Shown: in pieces, positions 36,765 to 47,889 of the stretch
Layout: the number at the start of each line of letters is the position of its first letter
How positions within the stretch are numbered: the first letter of the stretch is position 1
Assembly: GCA_051294905.1 (NCBI GenBank)
Contig: CM119371.1
Location: 26,538,001 to 26,602,000, forward strand
From: Botryllus schlosseri
Taxonomy: Eukaryota
Length of the DNA: 64,000 nucleotides
Direction of reading: 5' to 3'
Made by a program: the position numbers and the translations under genes
The notes under the pieces: generated by a model
What the model saw: the letters and a program-made list of their open reading frames with translations, nothing else
The model's database searches: none
Told to the model about the DNA's origin: nothing

Positions 36765-37775
36765 GTTTTTTGTATTATTTCGAATGCAAAGTTTATTACA
36801 CAGATTAAAACTCTCCCTTCACCGTCGCATGTGGTCTGCTGACCAACTGCAATGTCCACGACTATCCGCATAACTCCAATCAACGCGTAGGCAGTCAATC
36901 TATTTCACGTGCCATTCCCAGCGGCTGGGGCACCACTAATCATGGGCTACCCAATAACGCGCATTTCGAATAATCTTCATAGCTATTATTTGTTATTATT
37001 GATTCCATATACTAGTATGTTTCGCGATTTTGACAGCGGAAATAGATGTCCTTCGATGACCCACTTGCTAGATCGGTGCTCTTTATCGCCGTCAATGATC
37101 CTATCCATATAGGTCTAGGGCACTAACGAGTTTTAGTTTATATCAAATAGGCTATTCTTCATTGACAATATTTGTTTTTTTCGATTGCCTATATATGGCG
37201 GCATGCGTGATTTTAACAGTGAATATCAACAATACTTCGATAGCACAGCTGATAAGCATTGGCTCCCCAACTTTTCACGAAAATTCACGAAACGCACACA
37301 TGCCACTTTCAAATCACTGACTTGGGAATAAAATAACAACCTGCAACTTAGTCCTATGGGCATACAGATACACAAAATACACAACAGGGATTTTCTAATT
37401 ATCGTTGTTGACATTCCCAGCCGCCGTCATAGCTTGATAGCTGATTGGTTCACGCCCTCAAGGAATTTTCTCTATTTCTAATGTTATCCACTTTTGACAT
37501 GTAACATATTCATTAGCGAAGCTATGAATGAGCTTTTATTTTTAGCATGTCTTTGCCAATCTGACGGTGAAGGGTCAGTGCGTCACCAACCACGAATCTC
37601 ACATCAAGTCAACTGCCATAAACATTCATTGAATAATCCGATATTAGAACCCCAAATAGACATACATTCGGAAATGTGCTTTCTCAACTTCATTGGATAC
37701 TCGAAATGAATATAAAAAATACAGATAACTTATTCATTTACTGTAGTAACTTGCTGAGCCGTATCCCTTCACCTT

Positions 37776-37864
37776 CCTTCGATAGCTCAGTTGGTAGAGC
37801 AGTGGACTGTAGAACTCTTCGAGCCGATATCCATAGGTCGCTGGTTCGAATCCAGCTCGAAGGA
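37776..37864 (+). tRNA. trnY-GTA: tRNA-Tyr(GTA) with 16-nt intron
   Basis: All stems pair; intron AACTCTTCGAGCCGAT; weak proximal terminator (T3). Confidence 0.85.
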
Positions 37865-38025
37865 GTTTATGTATGAATTCGAATGCTATGTTTATTACAA
37901 AACTTTTATAAAACTCTCTCTCCACCGTCGCATATGGTCTGCTGGCCAGCTGCAGTGTTCACGGCTATCCGCCTAATCTACAATCAATACGTAAACGATA
38001 AACCAATTGGATCAATACTAAACAT

Positions 38026-38396
38026 CATCAACATCATCATCATCATCATTGGATTATTAGCAATTTTATCAATTCAATACACCACGAAAAATGCGATACA
38101 ATGAAAAGAAAGGAAGATGTCGAAGCGACTAGGAGTTGTCTATGGAATCGGACACCCACCTTGGCCTACAGGCGATGTAAAGAGGAGGCATGCACACTGA
38201 ATGAAAGTAAAGAAGATAGTATAGAAAAAGGAGGCGACAAGAAATAGGGCGGCATGTCATGGGAAGCGAGATCGATAGGTCAGTCGTGGTCCGATAATCT
38301 TGAGGATGGATTGTATCTATTTAGTAGTAATTGCTTGTATTTCGACTTAAATGTGGACATGCTCGTCGACTGCCGGATGGCCTGCGAGATACTGTT
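38026..38396 (-). mobile_element. 5'-truncated non-LTR retrotransposon (CR1/L2/Crack-like 3' end)
   Basis: Absent from paralogues at ~49165 and ~54357; minus strand 38396-38280 reads NSISQAIRQSTSMSTFKSKYKQLLLNRY...stop, then UTR and a (GAT)n tail; no clear TSD. Confidence 0.8.
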
Positions 38397-38869
38397 GGGC
38401 TACACAGAGGCACATTTCGAATAATCCTCATTGCTTTAATTTAGTATATTCTTCAATCTACACACAGGTATATGTGCGCAAATTTGATACCGGATATCGA
38501 CGTCCTTCAACAACCCACTTGGTAGATCGATGGTGTTCATTGCTGTCAATGATCATATTCATTCAAGTCTCTTGCAACAATGAGTTTTTGTTAATATCAA
38601 TTATTGTTCATTGGCAATATTGTTTCTTTTTCAATTGCTCAATTGCATATTCCTCGGCATGCTTGATTTTAGCAGTGGCATAGCACAGCTGATAAGCATT
38701 GTTTTCCAAACTTTATCAGGAAATTTAGAAACGGTCCCATTGTATTATTTTAATGACTGACTTAGGAATAAAATCACCACCTGCAACTTAATTCTATGGG
38801 TATGGTTCCTAATGTAAACACGATACAGAACGGTAGTTTTCTTAGTATGGTTGCGTGCCACATCAACCA

Positions 38870-39194
38870 GCCGCCATAGCTCAGTGGCAAGCGAACTGGT
38901 CTCGTAAACGAGGGGTCGTGAGCAATGTTCCATCTAATTTTGAACGAGTCTGCGCACACTCATCAACTCACTGCGCCGACCCTTGGAAAACAGTGCGAAA
39001 CCACTTTGAAAAAGGTCATCATTTTGAATTTTTTGTGCAAAACTTAGATTTACTATGCGCAGAGACCGGGTCAGCACTGCGCATTTGCGCACGTGCGCAG
39101 CTTAGTGGAAACATTGGTGGTGAGTTTAATTTTCACCGGTTGCTCAATTTTTGTGGCTAAGGCGACCGACTAGAAATCTGTTGGGCCCTGCCGC
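38870..39194 (+). pseudogene. Thr(CGT) interrupted by a MITE plus deleted Ser remnant
   Basis: Thr 38870-38922 and 39117-39144; CA spacer; Ser remnant from 39147. Confidence 0.85.
38923..39116. mobile_element. 194-bp CAATGTT MITE in the Thr T-arm
   Basis: TSD GTCGTGAG/GTGGTGAG. Confidence 0.88.
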
Positions 39195-39665
39195 ACACAT
39201 TGTTTGCAGTCGTCGTATTTTTTGAAGAATCTATGCAAAATGCAGTGACCATCATTAACGTTATTCATAGTTCGATAGCAGGTTGGTTTACGCCTCAGAG
39301 GAAGTTTCTCTATTTATAATGATATCCAATGAAGTTGAGCAAGCACATCCTTGAATGTATGTCTATTTTGTGTTTCAATATCGTTTTGTTCAATGAATGT
39401 TCATGGCAGTTGACGTGATGTGAGATTTATGGTTGGTAAGGCACTGACACTTCACGGTCAAATTAGCAAATGTATGCCAAGAATGACAGCTCATTCATAG
39501 CACTGCTATTGATTTTGTACATTATGCTACACGATAGAAGTGGATATCATCAAAAATAGAGAATATTCCTTGAAGACGCGAACCAGCCAGCTATCCAGAT
39601 ATGAATAACAGTTGCTACATCTGCATACACTATACAGAATTATTTCGACTGCAAATAAATTTACG

Positions 39666-39747
39666 CGTTGTCGGCAGGACTCGAACCTGCGCGGGCATAG
39701 CCCAACAGATTTCTAGTCTGTCGCCTTAACCACTCGGCCACGACAAC
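39666..39747 (-). tRNA. trnS-AGA: tRNA-Ser(AGA)
   Basis: Identical to the consensus intact copy. Confidence 0.93.
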
Positions 39748-39749
39748 TG

Positions 39750-39822
39750 AGCCACCAGTGAGGATTGAACTCACGACCCCTGGTTTACGAGACCAGTGCT
39801 CTAACCACTGAGCTATGGCAGC
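39750..39822 (-). tRNA. trnT-CGT: tRNA-Thr(CGT)
   Basis: Consensus except C3>T (U3:G70). Confidence 0.88.
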
Positions 39823-40561
39823 TTACGATACAGGAATCGACCAACATAAAGCCAGAAATCGCGACCATTTTGAGTTAGATTAATTTTCGTTCTATAGAAG
39901 TGTTGCCATATGTCCTCCTTTAGTAGGATTTGATATCCGTTTAAGGAAATCGGAAATGTCCTCCAAGAACGCCTAATTGTCCTCATTTTCGGAAACTCGT
40001 CTTTGACAGCTAGGCTAATGGTCACGGTCAACTGCAAATCGCCATAAATTACACGAAATAGGAATTGCGGACGTTGCGGAGCGGTTAATTCGGATGCCGA
40101 ATCGGAGTGATGAGTTGTTTTAGCCAGCGCAACGAGATATTGATTTCCTGCAAATATTTCAAAATCAGCTGTTTTCGATATCGTAAACTAACTTTTGTAA
40201 AATTTGATGAACGCGCCCTTCTTTACCGATTCCAAAGTATGTTAAACCTGTATCATAGCCCAGTGAAATTTCATTTAGAGGCGGAATCAGATACACAACG
40301 CTATCGCTATGCAGTCAACTGCAGGCTACCATGTAGTCGTGTCTATAGGAACTCATTTACGGCTTCTAACAAATTTCCAGCATTTGTGTGTTGGGTATTG
40401 TTGAATCGAAATATGCGTGTTCATCCTCACAGACCTCAATATTAATGGTAATAGTATCAACAACAAAGGACGTTTAGCACTGATGCAATGTGAGTATTCA
40501 ATAATGTGGCGTCAGTTATTTGTGGTTCTATCGCGCAGCTACATAAATAAGTGCAAAATCT

Positions 40562-40651
40562 TGCTCCAGGCGAGGCTCGAACTCGCAGCCTCCGCATGTC
40601 TCCGTGTCTGTCGTATAAGTACGGCGCGCTAACCGATTGCGCCACTGGAGC
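40562..40651 (-). tRNA. trnI-TAT: tRNA-Ile(TAT) with 16-nt intron
   Basis: Identical to 18604-18693; T4 downstream. Confidence 0.93.
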
Positions 40652-41054
40652 TACGGAGAGGCTGATGCGAACCACTAAAACGGGATGTGAGTACGTGAAC
40701 CTGAGGAGACTTCACAATGCCCATTTCATCAGAAATAATTTATTGACTGTGACCCTGTCTGCAAGAGATATTGCCGGAGATGTAGATATCTAGACGTGTC
40801 ACTCGAGAGTACTCTACGTAAGCAATATTTCATACGATGATATAATATACCCTAAAAATAATAATCAGCATTCGTCAAATACATGTTTACACATGAGATG
40901 CGGATAGCCGTGTACAGTTGTCTGGCAGATCACCAGCGACGGTGTAGGGAGGGGTCGGCTTTTGTTGTTGTGTTGCTGTTGTGCCTTTGTGTATATTTAA
41001 ATTTATGTTTAATCTTCGTAACAAACCTCGCACAGGACATACTGAAAAATGAAA

Positions 41055-41145
41055 TCCTTCCAGCCGGATTCCAACTTGCGACTTATAGATATCGGGTCTA
41101 ATTGCTCTTCAGTCCACCACTCTACCAACTGAGCTATATCGCAGC
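41055..41145 (-). pseudogene. tRNA-Tyr pseudogene (anticodon GAA)
   Basis: B box and acceptor mutated; 2-nt insertion. Confidence 0.8.
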
Positions 41146-41588
41146 GAGCTGATGTAACATGAGTAGGCTATATGACTCAGCATGATGAACTGCAAATGAA
41201 TAAGATATGTTTTTTACTGTTCATTTCGTGTATCCAATGAAGTTGAGAAGTTGAGCAAGCACATCCCTGGATGTATGTCTATTTTCTGTTTCAATATCGG
41301 TTTGTTCAATGAATGTTCATGGCAGTTGACGTGAGGTGAGATTCATGGTTGGTAAGGCACTGAGCCTTTACGGTCATATTAGCAAATGTATGCCAAGAAT
41401 GACAGCTCATTCATAGTACCGCTATTGATTATGTACATGTTACATGATAAAAGTGGATATCAATAAAAAACAGAGAATATTCCTTGAAGACGTGATCCAG
41501 CCTGCTATCCAGCTATGAATAACGTTGATAACGGTTACTACATTTTCATACATTCCCAAAAATTATTTCGACTGCGAACAAATTTCTG

Positions 41589-41670
41589 CGTTGTCGGCAG
41601 GGCTCGAACCTGCGCGGACATAGCCCAACAGATTTCTGGTCTGTCGTCTTAGCCACTCGGCCACGACAAC
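41589..41670 (-). pseudogene. tRNA-Ser(AGA), degenerate
   Basis: T33>C plus D and variable-arm changes. Confidence 0.7.
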
Positions 41671-41672
41671 TG

Positions 41673-41745
41673 AGCCACCAGCGACGATTGAACTCACGAC
41701 GACTGGTTTACGAGACCAGTGCTCTAACCACTGAGCTATATCGGC
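41673..41745 (-). pseudogene. tRNA-Thr(CGT), degenerate
   Basis: Acceptor and T-stem mismatches. Confidence 0.8.
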
Positions 41746-42484
41746 TTACGCCACCGGAATTGACCACCATACAGAAAGAAATCGCGACCATTTTGAGGTA
41801 GATTAATTTTCGTTTTATAGAAGTGTTACCATATGTCCTCCTTTAGTAGGATTTGATCTCCGTTTAAGGACATCGGAAGTGTCTTCCGACGACGACTAAT
41901 TGTCCTAATTTTTGGAAATTCGTCTTTGACAGCAAGGCCAATGGTCACGGTTAACTGCAAATCGCCATAAATTACACGAAATAGGAATTGCGGACCTTGC
42001 GGAGCGCTTAATTCATATGTTGAGTCGGAGTGATGAGCTTTTTTTTAGCCTGCACAATAACATATTGATTTCCTGCAAATATTTCAAAATCAGCTGATTT
42101 CTATATCGGTAAACTAACTTTTGTAATTTGATGAACGCGCCCTTCTTTCCTGATTCCGAAGTATGTTAACCCTTTTCCATAGCCAAGTGAAAATTCATTT
42201 AGAGGTGGAAACAGGTACACAACGCTATCTCTATGCAGTCAACTGCAGGCTAACATGTGATCGTGTCTATAGGAAGTCATTCACGGCTTCTGACAAATTT
42301 CCAGACTTTGTGTGTTGGGGGGTGTTGACTCGAAATAATCGTGTTCGTCCTCACATACCTCAATATTATTGGTAATAGAATTATAAACGAAGGACGTATA
42401 GCACTGATGCAATGTGTGCTTTCAAGAATGCGGGGTCAGCTATTTGTGGCTCTATCGCGCAGCTACATAAATAAGTGCAAATCG

Positions 42485-42579
42485 TGCTCCAGGCGATGCT
42501 CGAACTCGCAGCCTCCGCATGTCTCCGTGTCTGTCGTATAAGTAGGCTACGGCGCGCTAACCGATTGCGCCACTGGAGC
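42485..42579 (-). pseudogene. tRNA-Ile(TAT) with 5-nt insertion in the anticodon stem
   Basis: AGTACGG changed to AGTAGGCTACGG at 42543-42549; C61>A. Confidence 0.85.
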
Positions 42580-43840
42580 TACGGAGGGGCTGATGCGAAC
42601 CACTAAAACCTAATGTAGGTACGTGAACCCGATGAGACTTCACAATGCCCATTTCATCAGAAATAATTTATTGACTGTGACCCTGTTAGCAAAAGATATT
42701 GCCGGAGATGTAGATTTGTAGATGTGTCACTCGTGAAGACTTTACGTAAGCAATATTTTCTAAAACGATATAGTACTGTTCTCTTCAACCATTTTCGGTC
42801 GTGGTACACCCTTCTAACTTTTATTCGAAACTCGTAGACTCCTGACCACATAAAACGCTGATTTCGTAGTAAGTCTTATCCAGAGGTGTTCAACCTTTTC
42901 GTAATTCACGGCGATTTTCGATTAGGTGTATAGCATACATCCACCATGGCAGCTCGATGTCATATACTCACGATAAATTACCTACTGGAAACTTGGCCCC
43001 GAGGACAGCCCTTGCTTATAAAAGTCTTTAACTGTGCCGGAGGCTAACTATATCCAGGCCCAAAAATCGGGTTTTTTCAAAAATTTGAATAAAATTGTTT
43101 TTGTGTCGGGCATAATTTTTATATTTAATGAGTTATAGACATCATACGAGTGGGTGAATCATGACATGGTAAAACTGTCGGGTTACAATATTGCAGCTAG
43201 TGGAACTTTGTCGTGCCACAATTTTATGTAGAATAGTTTAAACTCTATAGTGAAGATTGACATGATATCAGAGCATTTGAGCAGTGTAGTCTAATCATGG
43301 TTTTGATATAGTCTTGATAAGTATAGGCTATTGTTACTGTCACTGATAAGGTCAAATTAAATCAGCGTTCGATTTTGTCTTCGCTTAATATTGGAAAATA
43401 TCAATGACAACTTAATTATATTCATTATTGAGCCATAGTAATAGCTTTGCTCTTTAGCCTTATAATCGATCGTACCCTATGTGCTTCTAACGAGATTTCT
43501 CGAAGCCTCTGTCCATTTTGAACACAATTTCTGATGGTACCTATATTAAAATCAGAAAACCCATTCACATAAAATCCGGCGCAGTGCCCAGACTATTTTC
43601 CAGTTGAATAAATTGAACAAGAAAATATTCCATAGCATATAGGCTTAATTAGTCTACGGAATCTGGTTAAGAACCCCTGGAATGGACCAGTCCAATCTTC
43701 AGTCCCTACGTGCCCAGCCCATGTTTAGCGTTGCCTCAGCAACTGAAAATTGCACCTCAAATTGATTGATTGCCTAAGTGTTGATTGGAGTTTGGGCGGA
43801 GGACAGTGTAATAAACTTCGCATTCTAAATAATTACGAAC

Positions 43841-43929
43841 TCTCTCGAGCCAGATTCGAACCAGCGACCTATGGATATCGGTTCTAATTGTTCGACAGTC
43901 CAACGCTGTACCAACTGAGCTATCGAAGG
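43841..43929 (-). pseudogene. tRNA-Tyr pseudogene (anticodon GTC)
   Basis: 89 nt with intron; acceptor, D and anticodon-stem mismatches. Confidence 0.8.
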
Positions 43930-44168
43930 GTTGTGATGGGACATGGATCAGCAAATTTATACTGCAAATGAATAAGTTATTTTTTTATTTATTTCGAGTA
44001 GGCCTATCTAATGCCAAATGGGGAAATTCGGGCGTTCTCGGAGGACATTTTTGATGTCCTCAAAAATTGGAACAAATCCTCCTGAAGGAGGACATATGGT
44101 AACACTACTATGGATCTAAACTCAAAATGACCGCGATTTCTGACGGTATGGTGTACCTTACACCGTGA

Positions 44169-44269
44169 GCCGCCATGTCTCAGTGGCAAGAGCACTGGTC
44201 TTGTAAAACAGGGGTTGTTAGTTCAATCCACACTGGTCGCTGAGTTGTCGTGGCTGAGTGGTTAAGGCG
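44169..44269 (+). pseudogene. degenerate Thr(TGT) (44169-44241) plus Ser 5' fragment
   Basis: 2-nt spacer GA; Ser truncated after the D arm. Confidence 0.8.
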
Positions 44270-44389
44270 GAAGTGGAAATAGATTATGGGATGTGCTTGC
44301 TCAACGTCATTGGATACTCGAAATGAATAAAAAAAAACATAACATATTAATTTACAGTAGGAATATGCTGAGCCATGTCATGTCAGCTC

Positions 44390-44478
44390 CTCTCGATAGC
44401 TCAGTTGGTAGAGCGGTGGACTGTAGAACACTTAGAGCCGATATCCATAGCTCGCTGGTTAGAATCCGGCTCGAAGTA
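44390..44478 (+). pseudogene. tRNA-Tyr(GTA), degenerate
   Basis: C56>A and acceptor mismatches. Confidence 0.75.
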
Positions 44479-44826
44479 ATTCTCGTATTATTTCGAATGC
44501 GAAGATTATTACCAAGAATAAAACCTAAATTTACGCAAGGACACGTCATCAACTGAACCAAAAAAGTCGACCTCACCCGCCACCGTCGTTATCTGCCGGA
44601 CACCTGTACACGGCTGTCTGCCTAAACTCCAATCAGCGTGTAGGCAGTCAATCAATTTCACGTGTCATTCTCACGGGCTCGGGCAACAATAAACATGGAG
44701 TACACCAAGGCGCATATATAGTAATCTTCATAGCTAATATTTCTTATTATTGAGTCCGTACACTGGTATATTTCGGGATTTTGACAGCGGGAATATACGT
44801 CCTCCGATAACCCACTTGCTAGAATT

Positions 44827-46852
44827 CAAGGGCGGGCAACTTCTCCGGTCGGCGGGCCGGATATAGGAAAACTAAGTACTTGATGGGCCGGACTGCTGGA
44901 TCGATACATTTTTCGCCCATTTATCCACATATACCAGGAATAAATCGTGTTCAATGAGTGTATTTTAACGACAGCAATGTCACTTCAAAGTCATTTCTCG
45001 CCGATAATGAGGAAGACAATGTAGATTTGAGAATAGCATTGCTATACAGCAGTGGTCGGGAACCTATGGCTCGCGAGCCATATATGGCTCTTTTGGGTAT
45101 AAGATATGGCTCTTTGCCAAATATTTATATTTACACTGAATTGATCAATATTGCAGCGACTTGTTGGTAAATTTTCATCACGGCCAAAATAATTATTATC
45201 GTGGCAGTATTAAGACTATTAACATGTCTTTGAGAACTAAAGACAACGCCTTCATCGGGTTTAGGGGCTCGGATAGGTCTTTTCAAAATAATCAAATTTA
45301 AGTTACTGTCCCATCGGAGGCCAATATCACTCGCGAATTCTTTGCGCCAGTATTGTTTGTGTTAAACTGGAGCCGAATCTCGGCTCCTGTTAATTGACAG
45401 GCTATTGATTAGTTCTGTGATTGCGCCGTATATTTAGTTGCCTTATATAACGACTACTCGTGCTGTTAGGATGTCTTTTCAGTACGAAACGTTTATCGTG
45501 TGTCGACATCGTTTCTTGGTGCAACGGCGAGTACAGGCTCTGTATCCTGGCGTGATGGCAGCGATGGGCTCGAACCCACGCCGTCGAAATGACTGGTGAC
45601 TACCTCCTGGCGATGTATCCGAATCGAAAGCTTGAATTGTGCGATGCGTTGAATCAAAGAACATAGCACACATGGCGACGCTCATTTCAAAACGCTATTT
45701 TCAAATTGACATTGTCTTCCTGATCTACGGCGCGAAATGAGCTGTTGTGGATGTGACATTCACAATTACAAACCCGAATTACAAAAAAAGCCATAGCTAT
45801 CCACGTTCCACGTTCTCCACCGGCGATAAAATATATGCGTGTAGCGCAACGATATGTTACCGCCGAATACTTGAGAATTGGGAAGTCGATAAGCATTTAG
45901 ATTTTCGGATCAGTGTGACAGTCACATTAATAGCAGAACAGTTATAATAAATTCTAAGCTACCTACGATGAATTGCGTTATCATTGGTGAGGGTTGTCCC
46001 ATATGCGTCTTACCTCTCGTTTCGAGCTTTATTTTCGAACAATAAATACCAGTTTTTACAGAAAAAATGTGGCGCACACGAGGAATCCCATGTAGGGAGT
46101 TCGAATTTGTGCTTCCATGACGTCACGAATTTCCAATTGTAACGTAACAGTTGATTGGAATGTATGGCTCTTTCGGAGTTGAGATTGAAAAAATGGGGCC
46201 AATATGGCTCTTCGTACAAAAAAGGTTCCAGACCATTGCCATACAGGCACCACCGTGTCTGCTTCTCTCTGATCAATCAACACGCGGTACAATCCTTAAT
46301 TAAGATTTCAAGGCGTTCGATAAAACCGGTACCCCAAATTTACCAAGATATCAATTCATTAGGGTTGAGTAGGGGACGAGATAGCGTCGTTGTTCAACTG
46401 TGTGGACTAATTAATCTGGATATTGAATTCATGCGCCCGGCGTCCTCCATAAAATTTGAAAAGTGGCCCGCGACCCGTTTTGATTTGGCGACCCCTAGCA
46501 TGAGCGCTGTCTTGCAAAAGCCTAGAAGTGTGCCGTGCGACAAGTCGGCGGTTACGGAATCAAAAATAAGAAATATCAGCCTGGTGTAAATGACCATCGT
46601 AGTCGACAAACACCATGATTAGCACAAACGACATTGGGGTTCAGTACATCGTAAATGGCGATAATGCAAGTCTTCTCGCTTTCACGAAGTTACGCATAAG
46701 CTCCACTCTCGCACGCTGCGCACTACGCATACACGTACATAATAACATACAGTCACTATAATTTGACCTATAGTGGGGAATCTAGGCAGACTGGGGCCGC
46801 GGGTCACATTATCATGTAACACGGAAAACTGGCCGTATGTTGCCCGCCCCTG
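44827..46852. mobile_element. composite hAT-like element, CAGGGGCGGGCAAC TIRs
   Basis: Flanks TGCTAGAATT / TGCTAGAT; absent from paralogous spacers. Confidence 0.82.
45050..46238. mobile_element. hAT-like MITE, CAGTGGTCGGGAACC TIRs
   Basis: TSD CTATACAG/CCATACAG; ATGGCTCT subterminal repeats. Confidence 0.82.
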
Positions 46853-47211
46853 TGCTAGATCGATGTTCTTCATTGCCGTCAACGATCATATCCATATACG
46901 TCTCTGGCACTACAGAGTTTTAGTTTATTTCAATTATTCTTCATTGACAACACTTGTTCTCTTCGATTGCCTATAAATTGCAGCATGCGTGATTTTAGCA
47001 GTGAATATCAACAATACGTCGTTACCACAGCTGATAAGCGTTGGTTTCCGAACTTTTCCGGAAAATGCACGAAACGGCCCATGCCAATTTTAAATGACTG
47101 ACTTAGGAATAAAATACCAACCTGCATCTTAGTCCTATGGGTATATTGTCTTACTACAAAACACGATACCCAACAGGGATTTTCTAATTATCGTTGTTTA
47201 CCGTCCCACCC

Positions 47212-47284
47212 GCCCCCATTGCTCAGTGGCAAGAGCACTGGTCTCGTAAACCAGGGGTCGTGAGTTCAATTCTCTCTGGTGGAT
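47212..47284 (+). pseudogene. tRNA-Thr(CGT), degenerate
   Basis: Acceptor and T-stem mismatches. Confidence 0.75.
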
Positions 47285-47286
47285 CA

Positions 47287-47368
47287 GTTGTCGTGCCCGA
47301 GTGTTTAAAGCGACAGGCTAGAGATCTGTTGGGCTGTGCCCGTGCAGCTTCGAGTCCCGCCGGCAAAG
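47287..47368 (+). pseudogene. tRNA-Ser(AGA), degenerate
   Basis: A and B boxes mutated. Confidence 0.78.
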
Positions 47369-47800
47369 CATAACTTTATATTCAGTCATTGTTAATTTAA
47401 AGAATGTAGTCAGATGTAGTAATCGTTATTAAGGTTATTCATAGCTGGATAGCTGGTTGGTTCAAAATTTCGAGAATTTTCTCTATTGCAATTGATATCC
47501 AATTTTATCATGTAACATAATCATTAGCGGTGCTATGGATGAGCTCATAATAATGAGCTGTTATTTTCAGCATATGTTTGCCAATCTGACAGTGAAGGGT
47601 CAGTGCCTCACCAGCCATGAATCACACATCAGGTCAACTGCCATGAACATTCATTGAATAAACCGATATCGTAACCCCAAATGGTAATGCATTCAGGGCT
47701 GTGCTTGCTCAATTTCATTGGATACTCGAAATAAATAGAAAAAATACCGACAACTTATTCATTTGCAGTAATTATTTGCTCAGTCATATCGCATCACCTC

Positions 47801-47889
47801 CCTTCGATAGCTCAGTTGGTAGAGCGGTGGACTGTAGAACACTGGAAGCCGGTATCCATAGGTCGCTGGTTCGAATCCGGCTCGAAAGA
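47801..47889 (+). tRNA. trnY-GTA: tRNA-Tyr(GTA) with 16-nt intron, near-intact
   Basis: Single C2:A71 mismatch; T6 terminator. Confidence 0.78.

Noticed and set aside
40899..40965. Conserved GC-rich block GCGGATAGCC...GGGGTCGGCTTTT as a vault/Y-like Pol III RNA
   Set aside because: No B box, no convincing terminal stem, and no more conserved than adjacent spacer; an Rfam scan would settle it.
46155..46589. Longest ORF (144 aa) as a transposase or gene
   Set aside because: It crosses a MITE terminus at 46238 and shows no DDE or BED motifs.
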